The translations under genes were made by a program, and so were the position numbers. Shown in pieces: positions 63,876-64,000 of a stretch of DNA of 64,000 nucleotides (the stretch's first letter is position 1; the number at the start of each line of letters is the position of its first letter). A model generated the notes under the pieces. That model did not search any database and was not told the origin of the DNA. It saw only the letters and a program-made list of their open reading frames with translations. Where the stretch lies: the NCBI GenBank assembly GCA_003344405.1, contig NOWV01000011.1, positions 310,001 through 374,000 of the forward strand, in the 5' to 3' direction. Origin of the DNA: Trichoplax sp. H2 (lineage: Eukaryota).

Positions 63876-64000
63876 CTATTTGATCAATAGAGTAGAACAA
63901 TAGAAAGAAGGTTTATCACGAGTCTCTTTAGCTCGTTACTGGTTGTGATATAAGACAATCATTGTAGTTGGTGATTTTGATACTGTACCATTAATGCTGT

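Overview
AT-rich eukaryotic genomic DNA with short GT-AG introns and densely packed, animal-type genes. The style suggests a compact early-branching animal genome such as a placozoan (Trichoplax-like); this is inference only. Genes reconstructed by splicing: the 5' end of an unidentified basic, NLS-bearing protein (-, runs off the left edge); a complete 12-exon two-domain angiotensin-converting-enzyme-like M2 peptidase (+, 7410-13062); a GAP1-family RasGAP (RASA2/3-like, +, 22627-32947); GPALPP1 (-) head-to-head with FBXO22 (+); a long multi-exon TTC6-like TPR gene (+, ~40619-55226); an intron-rich amino-acid permease resembling the TyrP/Mtr family (+, 57282-62032); and the 3' part of MIS12 (-). 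The most striking non-coding signal is a set of two-orientation TACAG/CTGTA pentamer arrays concentrated at gene starts. Also present: a 4x ~107-bp tandem array with an adjacent 141-bp hairpin, a CGGGT/CRE palindrome island, Maf-type palindromes, a 54-bp near-perfect palindrome, and an intronic repeat that re-copies a splice donor. No tRNA, rRNA, CRISPR array or intact transposase was recognised.
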